Part shown: positions 37,470-49,531 of the stretch, in pieces
How positions within the stretch are numbered: the stretch's first letter is position 1
How the letters are laid out: each line of letters starts with the position of its first letter
Assembly: GCA_002256025.1 (NCBI GenBank)
Contig: NKIB01013250.1
Span: 1 to 61,292 of the forward strand
Source of the DNA: Asterionella formosa
Taxonomy: Eukaryota
Length of the DNA stretch: 61,292 nucleotides
Reading direction: 5' to 3'
The notes under the pieces: model-generated
Told to the model about the DNA's origin: nothing
The model's database searches: none
The model's input: the letters and a program-made list of their open reading frames with translations, nothing else
Position numbers and translations under genes: made by a program

Positions 37470-38800
37470 TCCAAATGCGAAAACATCAAAATGTGGGCAA
37501 ATGGCTTAAAAACAGCAAATGCCAATGACCGGTAAGGGCTGCAGGGCGGACCTAAGCGAAAGAAAGCAATTAATGTTTGCTTTACTATTTCTCACCAAAC
37601 TCAAAATCGTTCTCCTTTTCCGGACAAGAAAGCAACCTATCTTAAGCTAATTAACAGTTTCAAAATTGTTGGGATAGGAAATTCTCAACTGCCAATATCA
37701 TCATAGCAACTACCTGATATGACTTTTCTAAACTACGTATATGTAGAGTAGAATACTATACATGTTAATTATAAATCGACTGTCAATTAATGAAGATAAT
37801 AGCATTCTGGTAAAATATTTTGATAACTCATCATCATGCTTCCATCATTCCCATGTCACAATGCATTCTTTGCATCATCGATAATACAAGTAATAAGTTC
37901 TCAGTTGTTTGATAGCTTTCTTCTTTTGCTTCGCTCCATTAATCATTTTATTGTTTTACTCGTTGTAGTTATTGTGCAACTACTGTGAAAGGGTCAAATC
38001 TGTTTGTATCATCATCGCCCTGAATTGCACGCCTATAAATTACATATTTAAGATGCGTCATCAGCGACTTCAATTTGCTCCGTTGTCAATATTAGTGTCA
38101 TTAAAACAACTTTTTTACGAGTGTATTATCTATATCATGCTTAATATATAGCAAAGTGTCGTTATCATTTTTCGAGGAGATATTCGTTATTTTCGTCATG
38201 GTCAAGGCTGAGATGACATGATGCAGCATTCTCCAGCCCCTCACGACGACTACACTTTACTCCGTAGTGTTATATATGTGTATATATATATAAACATTCA
38301 AAAGAATCGAAGAATTTAAGCTCAATAATTATACTATACAAGCGCCTACTAGTGCTAGCTTGGGTACCCTGGCTGAGAATATTGAATCCAGCCAGCATAC
38401 ATGCATATGATAGTTTTATAGTTCTATTCAGTATGAAATTTGGACTTGTTATGTATGATGAAGCTGGCATCAGCATATTCAAATCCTTACGTCATTAGAA
38501 CCATTTATTATTGGCTGTTGTCATCATCACTTCGGCCGGAAAGGGAGACGAGTGAGTTTGAGTTTGGAGGGAATAAAGCAAAGTAAACAAGACTTGCTTA
38601 CTTTTGCTAACTATTGCATGCTTTTGCTTACTTTCGCTTCAGGCCGCCCATACATCCCGGTCATTGTTATTTGATTTTTGTTAGACATTTTTGCTCTCAA
38701 CACTTCCGCGCTTGTAAGAAAAAATAGTATAAAACCTATGTCACTATGTCGTGATAAAGTCGATTTCGAAGTGTGAATTGACGACGTTCGCTATTGGAGA
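37470..38800 (+). repeat. Old non-coding dispersed repeat, copy A
   Basis: Colinear diverged direct copy at ~51970-54115; partial inverted copy at ~39165-39790. Confidence 0.8.
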
Positions 38801-39929
38801 ACTTGTCATCTGCAGATAGGATTCAGATGCCAGAGGGGGGGGCTGTTACATCACGGTTTGGCCTAAAGACTTGATATTTGTATGCTTATCCCCTAAATAC
38901 TCTCACAATCATCAAAACATCTAAAATATATACTGTTATAAGTAGTCTTATGTAGATATGAAGCTACCAGTATCTGGTGTTACCATTTTGCTATCATTGT
39001 TGTAACCAACAAGTTGCGGTAAGCAATTTTGCTGAAATTAATAATTTGACACAGGACAGGCGTTTGATTACATAGAAAAGTCATCAATCCACTCTTTAAA
39101 ATCGTCTTTATGCATGATCACCACCTAGTGATATACTAGATTTTATGCCAACGCCCCAATGGCCTTGACCATGTCGAAAATAACAAAGTTCTCCATGGAC
39201 AATGAAAACGACGCTAAGCTATTCAGTAAAGATACTATTTAACACAACATAGATAATATAATCGTAAAAAATACTTTTTTGGCCAAGTATAAAGGCGAGT
39301 TTAAGAAAGACTACTGCAGTACTACAGCGCTGATCACAGAATTTAGTGGTACATAGGCTACAGGAGCCTCCGGGTCCCGATAGTTAAATCCTGAAAACAA
39401 CCAATTCACCATGATGAAAGGCGCTATCCAAGCGGCAAACCAGGCAAAGAAAGAACAGTGCAGTCATAGAGAACTGAACCAATAGCAAAGCTGCCACAAT
39501 TTTCTTTTAAAAACGACTTCCACACGAGGAAGTGACTACCAACCAAACCTTTCCACCACCCCACCTTAAATGGGCCATGGAGCGCAATGACAGCAACTCT
39601 AGAAATAGAATATTAAGATTGAGCTATAAAAATGATGGATATATATATACACACAATCGTAAAAAATAATTGTAATAACACTAATATTGACAACGAAAAT
39701 TGAAGTCGCTGATGGCGCATTGCTTCACGTAGTTTAAATGATGCACATTTCAAAAAAAGAAGTTACACACAGATTTGACACTTTCACAGTACAAAGAATG
39801 CTACACTATGGTAATCTCTAGGTCGAACGACATTTTGTTTGATGCTCTATTTATGTAATGTCGATTAATAGTCCATTGACATTTTCAAAATGACTCTTTG
39901 TTTATGATTGTTGATCTACGACATGCGAA

Positions 39930-40045
39930 TAGAAATCTGCTGACGGCAACAAGAATTTGCTGACTACGACTAGAAACTGCTGACTACCACTAGAAATCGC
40001 TGACTATGACTATAAATTGCTGACTGCGACTAGAAATTATTGATT
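39930..40045 (+). repeat. 20-bp minisatellite, ~6 units
   Basis: Consensus TAGAAATTGCTGACTACGAC in tandem with no spacers. Confidence 0.88.
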
Positions 40046-41124
40046 GGTGAATTCCATTGGCAAACCGTCATCCAGTTGCTGAATACCATTACCAGTAGGA
40101 GTAGGTGAACATGATTTCCAGTATCAGAAGATGACTTGGATTAAATGAATGATAACTTAACATTGAAGAAAGTTACTTAAGAGAGTTTGGAACGAAATGC
40201 CAGTCTATCTCGTCCGGCAAGCATGAAACAATCTCTTGGGAGTGCGTCGAAACTAAAAGGTGCGCATAGAACGTGCACTACCGGACCTTCCAGTGTACAA
40301 ACATAAGGCAAACTTGTGCACACTTGTTAAACTTAAACCACCAGTATACCTGTTGGCGTTATGCTGCCAGCGCAAGCCATATTTTAAAACAATTGAAATG
40401 CACAGTGACGCATTACGACCGAAAGCTTAAATTGGCTTGGATTGATTTTTGTAGTAGTATAGTATTTGCATGCATTTGGTTTGAGATGACTTACTTAACG
40501 GTAAATAAAATCCCGTCCATACACAGTGCTGAACATATGCAGATAGTAAGTACCAGCCAGTATGTACATGCATGTGTTGAACATGATTGTCCAGTCAGGT
40601 GGCAAAAATACAGATGTGTATCAATTCTGAATGCGTAGGAACATACTGGTATCTACTAGGCATTTGTTCGCCAAAATAGCATATAAATATTCAGGTCATA
40701 AGAAGTGTATATATTTGTAATTCGTAAAATTGACTCCTGGTAGGTTTGGGAAGCAAACAAAAACAATTTTCTAATGAAAGCACTCAAATTTATTCTTGCT
40801 CTTCTTTGCTCAAATCTCGGTGCATGAGGAATCATTAAAACCGTAGCAACCTGTTTGGTCGGTCAACACAAATTGTTGTAATTGCATTGCAAGATCATTC
40901 AATAACAAGTAATATTTTAATAATTTTAGTCAATTGTACTTGCCTGCTGGTGTGCTTGTTATTACCACAATGTATGCACCTATATATGTTTTTTGCTTGT
41001 GTGTATATAGTTCCTGTTTATCTTCGTCTTCATATTCATTCATTGTGTCCATTGACGATCAATCTGTTATGATCAGGAAACCTAAACACCAGAAACACAC
41101 ATTACAAACTTAAATAGGAAATTG

Positions 41125-41234
41125 ATATAAATAATTATTGATTTGCTAGATATTTAGTCAAAAAGTCATCACAAATTCCCTGGACTAACTCATTGAGTGT
41201 TTAAGACACTTTAGTGCAAAAAGTATAATGGACT
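41125..41234. repeat. Diverged terminus of the MULE-like MITE family
   Basis: Aligns with 35040-35143, ending ...GCAAAAAGTATAATGGAC. Confidence 0.7.
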
Positions 41235-41635
41235 CCTCCCATGCCCTTAAATGAACCCCTCCCCCCCCAATTGGGAAAATGCTGTCTTAGATCATACCTT
41301 GCTTGCATGACTCTGCTGGAGGAGATGGTTCCACCTCAGAGCTTGCTAGTACATTCCTCCAGTCTTTACTATGTATCCTCTAAGAGTCAAAATGCTTTCC
41401 ATTTTGTCTTGGTGAGTTCGCCTACTGTCGCTGCCCCAGCACAACCTCAGGAACACGTTCCTATCCTTATAATACTTGGTAACAGTTTCAACGCACTTTT
41501 CTTGAGAATCAAAGGTGACATGCTTGATCCATGAGATTTATGTGGGGTAAAATATTGGAGATTTATTTGAAGGGGTTTGATGGTTTATCAAAAGCAGGGG
41601 GATGAAATATCGAAAAAGGAGATGAAATATTTTTT

Positions 41636-44060
41636 GGAAAAAGATATTTCGTCCCCCTCTTTTTATAAACCCTTAAACCCTAGCCTACATAGTCTTCATG
41701 TAAACCACCAATTATTTTTTGCTAGTACACGGAAATCAGTTGGCTTGATGACACTGCCGTGACGGCTGCTACTCATACTACACATGCACATCATTGTGTT
41801 CAAATTGACTCTGATGGCCTCAACCAAAGCAGTCAGAGCCTATTGAGGACAATACAGAGGAGGGACTGGACGGTCCTGTACAGGCGTTCTACGGCGCTGT
41901 AATTCGAAGATACAGAGCGCATTTGTGCACTTGAATGATCACCCCTCGACCCTCAGTCTACATGATGTCAAGGCGAGATAATTGTGGAGTTCGTCATCTT
42001 TGCTGGCTTCCATTAAAAGATCAACAGAGGGAAAGCGACGGTACCTCCCAACGATGTTATGTCAACTCAAGGTGAATCTTTGGGAAGCTAATGCAACAAA
42101 TGGAATCATCAATGGATCTGATGCTGCTCAGCTCGCAGTTCAGTTGGAAAAATTTTGTAGTGTGATATACAGGAATATAAAGTGCATAAACTGCAATTGT
42201 TGAAAGCACAAAATCGGTTGGACGAACATGAACTGAAATCAGCAAAGCGCAACCTTAATGACACTCTAAGTCAAATGATGAAGAACCGACGACCAGGAAA
42301 AATTGCACAGATTGTGGATGCTTTGGAAAATGAAAGTGAAGATGGAACAGAAATCAACAGCGAAGATAAGAATGACAGGAGGTATCAACCTGATTATGAC
42401 AATAATTTGAACAAGTCATTAGAAGAGGCAATTGAGGAGGTGACTGGTGGGGTCCCCTTGTGAGTGAGGTATCTGATCTTGTTCAAGTTTTCTATTGACG
42501 AATAGGAAGGGCATGAATTGCCCTCAATTCTATGTTCTCTTAACAAGTTGTGAGATGAGAAACGAAAGGAGGAGTTTGATTGTATCACAGAATCTGCTGT
42601 TTGTTGTGTTTTGTCAGAACCAGAAAATGGAGTGTTTTATGAAAGAAGTATTCATTTTTTGATGAAGGTGTGGAGGCTTATAAATTGAAGCCTTTATATC
42701 TTTTGAGGTTAGTAGGCTATTACATTTTCTTTTGGAAGGACATTGAAAAATGATGCACATGGTCATGGTTGGATTTTTGAGCTCATTGCGATGAATCGCT
42801 TTTCACTCAATGTAAATGTTGCTTTGGAGAGTTTTTGTCTTTGGACGAATACAATCTGATTGAAACCTTTCCCTCAAATGAGTTACCGAAAAAAATCATG
42901 GCAATGGATGAAATGTATGTAACGCAAAACTTCAATTTTCCTGAAATCGACATGATCTGGAAGTCTGGTCAAACAGTGTTTGGTGTTCAGGTACCTATAT
43001 CAAAATAGCACAATATGTTGGAAAAATTTACAGAAGTGTGTGACAAGGTTGGATGGCTAACAAAGCTTATGAAGGTGTATCTGCTCTGTTTAAGTCCTGA
43101 ACAAAGAATTGCTCAATATTCCTGAAATCCAGGGGCAAATCACAGTTATTGCGCTATGCATAAGCAGGATACCCTTGTAAGCTGTATAGAATTGCCATTA
43201 TTTTAAATCAAACATATGGTTCATGCTTTCAATTTTAAAGGGTCAAGTCTTAGAAAAAATTATTTTGGAGTGATCTGTCAGGCCTTCGTGGCGTGAAGTT
43301 TGGGATTAACAATTTGGCAATTAGGGTAACAGTTGATGATTGGGGATAGCTAGTTTAGACACTTCAGTACACATTTATTGCAATGATTATCATGGTAGTC
43401 TACAGATCAAAATATGGTAGTAATCATACTTAAATTTATATGTGTCATTTGCTAGAATTCATACTATGGTAAAGTTGCTAGTTGTCGCAGCAGCAGAGAG
43501 GGGACTACATCACAATATGGTACTAATAGTACCAGATAGATTGGAGAGAGTTAATACCTGACAAGCCCAAGATGCAGCTTCCAAGATTCGTTGGTCTGGT
43601 TTCTGCTCAATTGAATTTTCGGTGGACAAGGTACCGTCGCTTTCCCTCTGTTGATCTTTTAATGGAAGCCAGCAAAGATGACGAACTCCACAATTATCTC
43701 GCCTTGACATCATGTAGACTGAGGGTCGAGGGGTGATCATTCAAGTGCACAAATGCGCTCTGTATCTTCGAATTACAGCGCCGTAGAACGCCTGTACAGG
43801 ACCGTCCAGTCCCTCCTCTGTATTGTCCTCAATAGGCTCTGACTGCTTTGGTTGAGGCCATCAGAGTCAATTTGAACACAATGATGTGCATGTGTAGTAT
43901 GAGTAGCAGCCGTCACGGCAGTGTCATCAAGCCAACTGATTTCCGTGTACTAGCAAAAAATAATTGGTGGTTTATATGAAGGCTATGTAGGCTAGGGTTT
44001 AAGGGTTTATAAAAAGAGGGGGACGAAATATCGAAATAGGGGGACGAAATATCTTTTTCC
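41636..44060. mobile_element. Foldback / long-TIR element
   Basis: 404-bp inverted arms at 41643-42046 and 43629-44032 with 2 mismatches, extendable to GGAAAAAG / CTTTTTCC ends; flanked by the direct repeat TATTTTTT (41628-41635 / 44061-44068). Confidence 0.85.
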
Positions 44061-44462
44061 TATTTTTTTCTTACATATTTTTTATTTAAAGAATGGCGAA
44101 CCCCGGATGTGAAAAAAGGCCCAATATTTCTTATGGTATGGTAACGGTACAGATAGATTGGAACGAGAGGGTGACGCCTGTCATGAAAGCCGAAGTCACA
44201 ACATTTTGCCGTCTGCCAAGCAATATTACAGCACGACGGCGCGTATAATAGTTTCAGCTCCGTTTACCCCACTTCCTGGTATTGTTCCATGAGAGGCTCT
44301 GAGTTCTTCGTCGCTTTCAAGCGCTTTATGACATAAATCACAAGCAAGATTCTGCAACCACCAGAAACTATTCCTTGTTTTACATTCATTCGTACCTCAT
44401 CTATTATATTTTACACATACATATTTGATTTACATATTTTTGTGAAAGAAACAATTCAAGAA

Positions 44463-46039
44463 ATGCTGGTCGAACTACATTACTTGCCACTGATTTTGGC
44501 AGCTCTATTATCAGGATCCACACGTGCAGAAACATTTCCCGATGTAGCATCGGTGCGAGCATGGGGCGAAACTATTTCAAAGTCAATCCCCGCCTTGAAC
44601 ACAAATCGGTTTCATATGTCATGCGCTTCATCAAGTAATAGGCAACAAAAATGTGTGGAGGCGTCAGTCAAGAGCAAAACAAAAACTCACAACACTGGCT
44701 TTTACTACGGCCTTAATGAGTCAATTCTGAGGTCTCGATCTTCAAATGAACCGAAAAAGGAATCACTTAATAGCATGATGAGCGATGCCCTTTCGGAGCT
44801 AAAGAGTATGAAGCAAGAGATGGAAGCTCTTCGAAAAGAAATGCGAGCCATGAAAGGCAGACTTTCCGATGGTGACAACACTGATGAACAGCCTGAAGAC
44901 CCTGTCAGCGCCCTCTTTGCTCGACGAAAGAGACAACGAGAGTTCGATCAGATAGGTGTGGAAGTAGAGAAATGGGCAGAAAATATTCTATTCAAAGAAG
45001 GAGAGGAAGAGGATGGATGGAAAGAAGTTCCTTGCAATCAACTGGTAAGAAATAGATACAATCCCGAAGGAAACATAAAGTGCTTTTTAAAGTGGATGAA
45101 AGACTCCCGGGGAAGTTATGCGGATCCCGACGACGACAAGGAATACCCTTGCATCAAAGTTTATGCAACTATCGATGCTCCAATAGATGAAGTTTGCACA
45201 TATCTAGCAGAAGCAAAGCGACTGCCGGAATACAACGACCTCGTGGTCCAGCATCGAGATTTGGAAGAAATATCGCCACATTCCAAAATTTGTTGGGGAA
45301 AGGTGAGTAATATATCTAGCTTGTGCATTGCAGCATTCGAGTAGCTTGCACTGAACACTTGACATGGTCAAAATTGAATAAAGTGCCCTCAAATTCTCTT
45401 TATTAATCCGCGGGATTTTGTGACGTTCTGTCATCATCGATGGTTACGAGATGGGACGCAAGTCGTTGTTAACCAAGCAGTCGAACACACGGATGTACCA
45501 GCTGTCAAGGAAGACGTCAAGGGAAAAGTATGTCGGGCTCAGGCTTTGCGCGGCGCAAATTGTAGGTTAGATGGCTACTTTGTAGTGGAACGAATGTGCT
45601 ACTCCTATCGACGATCTCACACTGTCTTCCGTTTGAAGTTATTATGAAGCATCCCGACGATCCTAACAAAACAAAGTTCGCATTAGTTGCTCATGCCAAC
45701 CCTGGAGGTGATATCCCGCAGTGGGCTTGCAAAACAGCAGTAAACGCTATTGCACCAATTGAACCGTATAAACTCTTTCATAAGATAAATGACAATGTGA
45801 GACGAGCGATTCCACAACTCCAGGTTGAACGAGCTGAAATGGTAGGATCCGCATCAGGAAGAAGTTGTAAGCCTGGAGGGCTTTCACAAATGGGATATGC
45901 ATGCTTTTGGCCCAATGGGGGTGGTTTAAGAGAAGGATTGATCCACCCAGCACACGCAGATTTTATTGATCCTACCGAGACTGAACACGAGAATAGCCGT
46001 GAGCAAAACATTGAAACCCTTGATAAAGAGGGTGCTTAA
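44463..46039 (+). CDS. START (lipid-transfer) domain protein, 3 exons: 44463-45302, 45384-45561, 45639-46039
   Basis: GT-AG introns at 45303-45383 and 45562-45638 join KICWGK|CPQILFINPRDFV and GAN|FIMKHP in frame; PRDFV and HANPGGDIP START motifs; hydrophobic N-terminus and a coiled coil. Confidence 0.9.
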
Positions 46040-46282
46040 AGAAAAAAATTCATCAGAATGATTGTGGAAGTTTATCAAACACGAAACTGGCCCCATGATC
46101 CTTATCATAACTTTTCGACAGAAAATGGCTACAAAGCATGAGTTGTAGAATTGTGCCAAGCGAATCTATTGTTAACACTGACTGCAAGGGTAGCGACGAA
46201 CAGACTAAATGAGCTGAGATAAGAGAAACAACAACTCTGGAATTACTACTCATATTTCGCAATCAAGCCTATACTTCACCCT

Positions 46283-47473
46283 TCAATCGTAGTCCCTATT
46301 TGCAAATTTGGTCTCGTCATAATATGTCGCCTCCACCTTACGACCATCAAAGGTTCGCCCAGCAAGTCCTTGAATTGCCTTCGCAGCGTCACCAATAGAG
46401 CTATACTCCAAAAATATCTTTGTCGCTCCCTTTTCACCCAGTCGAGGAATTGTAACTTGCTTGAGGGTTCCAAACTGACTGCACTCATCCCTTGTATCTT
46501 CCAATATCTCAAGGTATTCGTCGTCGTCTTTCAAGTCATCCTCGGAGAGCATTTGGCGAAGTTCCACCACCCTGCTAGCAGGTGACATGGGAGTAATTCC
46601 ATGAGGAGAGCCTCCCGTTGAATCGTTCAGAACAAGCCTCAATTCGCCCGACATGTACTTGGCAAGAATGTCTTCCCAATTACCATGCTGCTCAGTCGGT
46701 CCAGTCCACTTTGACGGACGTCCCACACGAAGCTGCGCACCTAAGAATGGAATATTATTCAGGTTGAGAGCACTTGCGGCTTCTTGTGGTGAACGCAGTT
46801 CAATGAAAGCAAATTTTCCACTAACACGACAAGCCGTGATCGGGTTTCCTGGCAGAGTATTGAGGCCAACCTGCAACATGGCTTGACCCAAAAATTCTCG
46901 CAGCATGGATTCAGTCATTTCCGGCGTTGTGTTTCCAACAAATAGCTCTCTTTTAATCTTTTCTTCGGCAGAAGCATCAAGAACAGCATTGGCAGGAAGG
47001 GCTTGTCCAGTCAGCTCCTGCCAAGTCTGGTGTTGAACGATTGGGCCCGAATACTTACTCGGGCGTGAAATTTTCAGAATTGCGCCTAAGAAAGGAATCC
47101 CGTTGACGCTGAGGGCTTTGTTTGCCATCTCCGTAGATACGCATTCAATGAACGCAAATTTTTGATTGACTCTACTGTTTAGAATTGGGGTTTCATGAGG
47201 CAAACAGAGACCAACTCGACGCATGGCTGCGTTGACAAATTGCATTAAGAGCAACTCGGAAGTACCAGGAGGGGTGTTTCCAACAAAGAGCTCGCGGTGG
47301 ATCTTCTCCTGAGAAGCTTGCTGCGACGATTGCATCATCATTCCGGGGCCCCCTGAAGGAAAGTAGTTTGCAAGCGGAGGTATGTCACCGTATTGAGAGT
47401 AGGCCGTGTCTCGGGTTGGAAGACGCTCTCTGGATCTGGAACGGTCCCTTCGATGGCGATCATCGTAGCTCAT
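46283..47473 (-). CDS. U2AF large subunit (U2AF65)-like splicing factor
   Basis: Short RS region, two RRMs (ELFVGN...KFAFIE...RP) and a C-terminal UHM (EILEDTRDECSQFG...GRTFDGRKV); first ATG at 47473. Confidence 0.9.
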   Translation of the reverse strand: MSYDDRHRRDRSRSRERLPTRDTAYSQYGDIPPLANYFPSGGPGMMMQSSQQASQEKIHRELFVGNTPPGTSELLLMQFVNAAMRRVGLCLPHETPILNSRVNQKFAFIECVSTEMANKALSVNGIPFLGAILKISRPSKYSGPIVQHQTWQELTGQALPANAVLDASAEEKIKRELFVGNTTPEMTESMLREFLGQAMLQVGLNTLPGNPITACRVSGKFAFIELRSPQEAASALNLNNIPFLGAQLRVGRPSKWTGPTEQHGNWEDILAKYMSGELRLVLNDSTGGSPHGITPMSPASRVVELRQMLSEDDLKDDDEYLEILEDTRDECSQFGTLKQVTIPRLGEKGATKIFLEYSSIGDAAKAIQGLAGRTFDGRKVEATYYDETKFANRDYD

Positions 47474-47701
47474 TTTGGTGAATAAGATGCGATAGAGATC
47501 AGAAGACAATTTGCTCGAGTAAGGGGGTAGCAGACTGGTCGTGACGATAGCAATGTCGAACGAAGAGTAGGCAATTTGGAACTACGTTTTGCTTTTATTT
47601 TCCGTCCCTTTGCTTGAATCCTTTGCTTTTTTTGTAGGTGCTGTGTTACCTTGAGAGTAATCCGACCACCAGACGATGTTTTGTACTTACAGTACCAGGT
47701 A

Positions 47702-49531
47702 CCAGTTATAAATGGCTTTGAGCCACGTTACTACATCGTTTTCTGACTAATTCTAGAATTATGCTAAATTGATCCCCTCTTTCGCCCTTTGGCACGATAT
47801 CAGTTTGTTGATTAAGCTACATGAGAATTAGATCGTTTTTTACTTGAACATGCCGGTATATTAACTGAGATCTATCCATTTTAAAAGTGACAAAACCGGT
47901 CGAAGTGGCTCAAAGCCAATGATTAAAATTTTAACATACACACGTATGGCTATTTTTATAGGCGACGGTTACAAGATTTATGTCGTTTGCATGTTTTTTC
48001 GGAGCAGTTGCATCACTCTTATACCTGTGGTGCTCACATTTTATCTTGTCGGTTCCATCAAAGACAACCCCTCGCAATTTTTCGCAGTAGTCATTGCATC
48101 GCTTATTCTTAGACTGGTGGTCCTCCCATCATCTCTTGTCGTGTAATAGGAGCAACCAAAGCAGGGTGAGGAAGTGGTGCCATTGCAGTTGCAACTGGTA
48201 CTGCAGTGTCGCCATGCAGCATGGTGTCATGGTATCTGGTAAGTAAATGTTGCTTCATTGTGGGTAATGGAAGATCACCTGCTTGCTTGTACTATGTTGC
48301 CATTGCTTTTGTGTGTGCCACTGTCCACTCTGTGCACAGGCTGTTTGTTTAGAGTTCTGATTGCATAAACCTTGTTTGCAGGCACCATGTGTGCATCTAT
48401 TTTCTTATTCTCTCGCTCACTTTGCACTTCTTCTGCATGCCTCTTCCTTTTCAGCAGTTCATCGACCAATTCAGGAACCAACAAGTACCTGCCTGCAGCA
48501 ACATGTAGACCGGCTGTGTATCGTTTATTGCTTGCAATCGCCCTTACTGCTGTTTCTTTTTGTTGGTGGGCAAGTTCATCCAGATTTATTCAGTTTCTAG
48601 CATCCTCATGATTGAGATACTGTGCAACCTGATCAAAAAAGTTTTCAGTGATGACTTGGCTCAAGTTTAGTCCGGATGGGGAAATGAAAGAGACTGGTTG
48701 ATTATTGTTTCCTTCTGTTTGCAGACAAGTCGAGTTGAATTTCCGGATGAAGCTACAAGTTGTAGTTCAATGGACCCAAACCTGTTCAGCAACGACAGCT
48801 TTTTGGTTTGTTGCGATTTGGACAAAGGATTCATCCCAATTGTTTGATATCAGATCAACAATGTTATCCTTTTCAACAGGAAATGCAGCACAGCGCCTTT
48901 CCTTTTCGATGAGTAACTCCCTCTATCCTTGCATTTCGTGAGTTGGATATTTGAACTTAAATTTTTCATCAGGGCAGAAATTGATGAGGTATTTCCTGCC
49001 AACAACTTTGAATAATTTAGTTTCATAGTAGCAGGTAATTGTACTAGAGAATTAGTTGCCTTTCCCGCCTGATTCAGCTTCTGCAAATTGTACCGGACCA
49101 TAGTTTTTTTTGCCAAGCCAGTGTAGCTGCCTTCGATGCTACAATATTTGATATTGCACCATATGGTAGTTTGCCATTGTTATTTGCCTTTCAAAGTTTC
49201 TAAAATTCCATAACCATAAATTTTAAATAAGTGACACTACAGTCTTATCCAAAGAATTAGGTATCACCTTGTACTCTTTGGATGGTTGAGGCTGTTTTCT
49301 TTCTGTAGGTTTCCTCGTTGTTAATGAGATGACTGCAATTTTTTGCTTCATTTTGTGGTGTGTCAGAAGCAATTTCTGCTGTGAATTACGGTCTCTGACA
49401 TCAATATATGGCTCAATATTTTGTCCTTCAAGAAATGTTGCATTCATTCAGTAAAAGTACCTAGTTGATTCATTTACTGCTATAGTACATGGTCCATGGC
49501 GCTTAAACACAACAAAAGCCATTTTTAACTG
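47702..49531 (-). mobile_element. Second copy of the deleted pogo-like family 2 element
   Basis: TA + CCAGTTATAAATGGCTTTGAGCCAC at 47702; colinear with 13114-13644 plus 20137-21430; shortened right end AAAGCCATTTTTAACTG. Confidence 0.88.

Noticed and set aside
39930..40045. CRISPR-like short repeats
   Set aside because: Units are contiguous with no unique spacers, there are no cas genes, and the context is eukaryotic: a minisatellite.
42047..43628. Cargo gene inside the foldback element
   Set aside because: Coding-like but riddled with stops; no family could be recognised.
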